From Trichosphaerium sp. ATCC 40318 (Eukaryota; Protista; Tubulinea), in NCBI GenBank assembly GCA_038496445.1, contig JALMLS010000017.1, forward strand, positions 258,560 through 322,559: DNA of 64,000 bases, read 5' to 3'. The first letter of the stretch is position 1; every line of letters starts with the position of its first letter. Positions 61,461-64,000 of this stretch are shown piece after piece. The position numbers and the translations under genes were made by a program. The notes under the pieces were generated by a model, which had not been told where the DNA came from, searched no databases, and was given only the letters and a program-made list of their open reading frames with translations.

Positions 61461-64000
61461 ATGTCTGTCTCGCTTTCAAACTACGAAAAGTACTTGAAGT
61501 ACCGTAGGCCTACGGACTTCCAGTTCCAAAAGGACTACCAAAAAGTACGCGCTTTTCGCTTTCACTTCACGTCACTTTAAATCTCCAAGTTTGTTTGCGG
61601 CTACGACGATCCAAAGTCGCCATTTTTGTGATCTACAAACGATCTTTCGACAGTCCTTTTTTTCGTTCCGAACACTTGAAATAGGCATAAAACTACGATA
61701 TTACACTAGCGCAAACTGCCTACGCTAAATTTACAGTGCTTAATTCAAAAACTGCAGATCACCAAGTGATCATCCGAAAACGGCGTTTAACTAATCTTTC
61801 TTCCTAGTTCGTATGGGCGTTCATCAAACAAGATGTATACGAATTTGGTCAAGTCACATCAGAAGATGACAAGATGATGAAGGTTATTTTGAACAAAGAC
61901 GGAAAGGTACAATTTAGAGTGTTAGCGCCAACGTATTCACTGTTGTTTAGGAAAAGTCTTTTGCTAAGGAGAAGTGCTTTCGCATGAACCCTCCAAAGTT
62001 CGATGGTGTAGAGGATTGCTCTAACTTGCCTCAATTGCACGAGCCTGCTGTCCTATACAATATTAAGATCCGTTACGACACTGACATCTTCCACACATAC
62101 TCTGGTCTTTTCTTGGTCGTACTCAACCCGTACGTGGCTAGTTTACGAAATGAAGGCTGACAAGAATAGATATAAATGGATCCCTGTCTACACTGACCAC
62201 ATGATCGAACTATACATCGGTAAACGTCGTGACGAGATGGCACCTCACGTTTTCGCTATGGCTGATACAGCCTACCGTGCTATGTTGGAGCAACGCAAAA
62301 ATCAATCCATGCTTATTACGTACGTTTTTCGTTATTTTTTGTCACGCGATTGTTTATTCTGACTTGTGTTTAGTGGTGAGTCTGGTGCGGGTAAAACCGA
62401 AAACACAAAGAAGGTTATTCAATACCTCGCTCACATTGCTGGTCGCGGAGGTACCAAGGGTGAACTCGAGAGAAAACTCTTGCAAGCAAACCCTCTCCTT
62501 GAAGCCGTTGCCAACGCCAAGACAACGAAGAATAACAACTCTTCTCGTTTCGGTAAATTTATCAAGATTACATTCGATAAATCTGGATATATTTCTGGTG
62601 CTTCTATTGTTGTATACTTGCTCGAAAAGTCTCGTATCGTTCACCAAGGTAAAAACGAGCGTTGTTTCCACATCTTTTACCAGATGATGGCCGGTTTGTC
62701 CGCTGAAGACAAAGCCAAGTACCATCTTACCGTTCCTGATGACTACGGTTTCTTGAATCACTCTGGTTGCACTAGCGTGCGCTACATGGACGACAAGAAA
62801 GAGTTTGCTACCACTTTGGTACGTTTCTAAATTTTTGTTACCTCAATGCGTATGGAACTAACATTAACGCAGGAAGCTCTTGACACACTCAGATTTTCTG
62901 ACGATGAAAAAGCTATTATTTTCAAAGTCTGCGCTGCAATTTGCCATCTTGGTAATTTGAAGCTCAAACCAGAGTCTAAGAACAGTGATAACGCTGTTAT
63001 TGATAGTAAGGATGTAGTTGAAAAAACTGCAGAGCTTTTAGATCTCGATGTCGGTAAATTTGAACGTGGTCTCATCAACCCACGTATCAAGGTTGCTGGT
63101 GGCAGAGAAATGGTTGCCAAGCACTTAAACTGTGCTGACGGTTACTCTTCTCGTGACGCTCTCGTAAAAGCACTTTACGGCCGTATGTTCTTGTGGATTG
63201 TAGACAAAATTAATCAAACCCTTACCGTACGACCTTGTTTGTTCTAAAAAAAGACGCTAATTATCATTTAGGTTGAAGCCAACGATTTGTTCATTGGTAT
63301 TTTGGATATCGCCGGTTTCGAAATCTTCGAAGTAAACTCTTTCGAACAGTTGTGCATTAACTTCACAAATGAAAAACTCCAACAATTTTTCAACCACCAC
63401 ATGTTTACCCTCGAACAAGAGGAATACCAACGTGAGAAAATCCAATGGACATGGGTCAACTTCGGTATTGACTCTCAAGTATGTCCCTTTTTAGATTCGT
63501 TACCTTTCGAATTGCTAACTTTCCTTCTAGGCAACCATTGACTTGCTTGAAAAGAAACCTAACGGTATCTTCCCACTCTTGGATGAACAGTCTGTATTCC
63601 CTGCCGCTACTGACGCCACTTTCGTCGATAAGGTCGACAAAGCACACAAAGGTCGTCACCCAAAATACTACAAGAACGAGCTCGGAAAAAAGAACAACTT
63701 CTGTCTTCGTCACTACGCCGGTGAAGTCGAGTACGATACCGATAAGTGGTTAGAGAAAAACAGAGATCCACTCCAAACCGATTTGCAAGCAGCTATCATT
63801 GGCTCCAAATCCAGACTCATCAAGTACTTCTTCTCTGAGTTCGATTTGAACAAACCTGGTGGCAGCGCCGGTAAACAAAAGAAGGGTTCTCGCAGAGTAC
63901 GTACTTTTTAACCATTTTGTAGTTCAATGTCACTCACTGTTTGATAGGGAGCTAACTTCATTACTGTTGGTGGTGCTTACAAGGACCAACTCAACGACTT
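61461..64000 (+). CDS. Myosin II heavy chain (motor domain; runs off the window; spliced)
   Basis: N-terminal SH3-like region, [36 protein letters not shown] and [13 protein letters not shown]. Confidence 0.95.

Noticed and set aside
1-64000. Frequent CACGTG/TCACGTGA (E-box/CLEAR-like) motifs
   Set aside because: They occur in exons, introns and promoters alike, and ACGT is generally common here; no positional enrichment is evident by eye.

Overview
AT-rich, gene-dense eukaryotic DNA with very short intergenic gaps (often 70-130 bp) and many short spliceosomal introns. Myosin II plus this gene structure suggests an amoebozoan-type protist (inference). About 23 spliced host genes can be recognised: myotubularin-FYVE, TTC13/SRFR1-like TPR protein, an RA-CH cytoskeletal protein, an M6P-receptor/ATG27-like protein, TOE1, CNNM, cullin, a methyltransferase, a MORN-Roc-COR gene with an in-frame stop, an EF-hand-IP kinase fusion, PPR, GAR1, Sec10, ALDH, ankyrin-BTB, ATG101, MnSOD and myosin II, among others. 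The most striking feature is an intact 8.3-kb non-LTR retrotransposon (51738-60073, minus strand) with a perfect 16-bp target-site duplication, inserted in the divergent ATG101/SOD promoter. Its single ORF reads: ORF1-like region, multi-hydrophobic segment, ubiquitin-like domain ending in Gly-Gly, APE, RT, RNase H, CCHC. This suggests a polyprotein processed by host deubiquitinase-type proteases. Other notable items are an intronless HhH + HEPN-motif gene, a probable U12-type intron in cullin, and tandem palindromes in a divergent promoter. Exon boundaries were read by eye and the gene spans given include introns.
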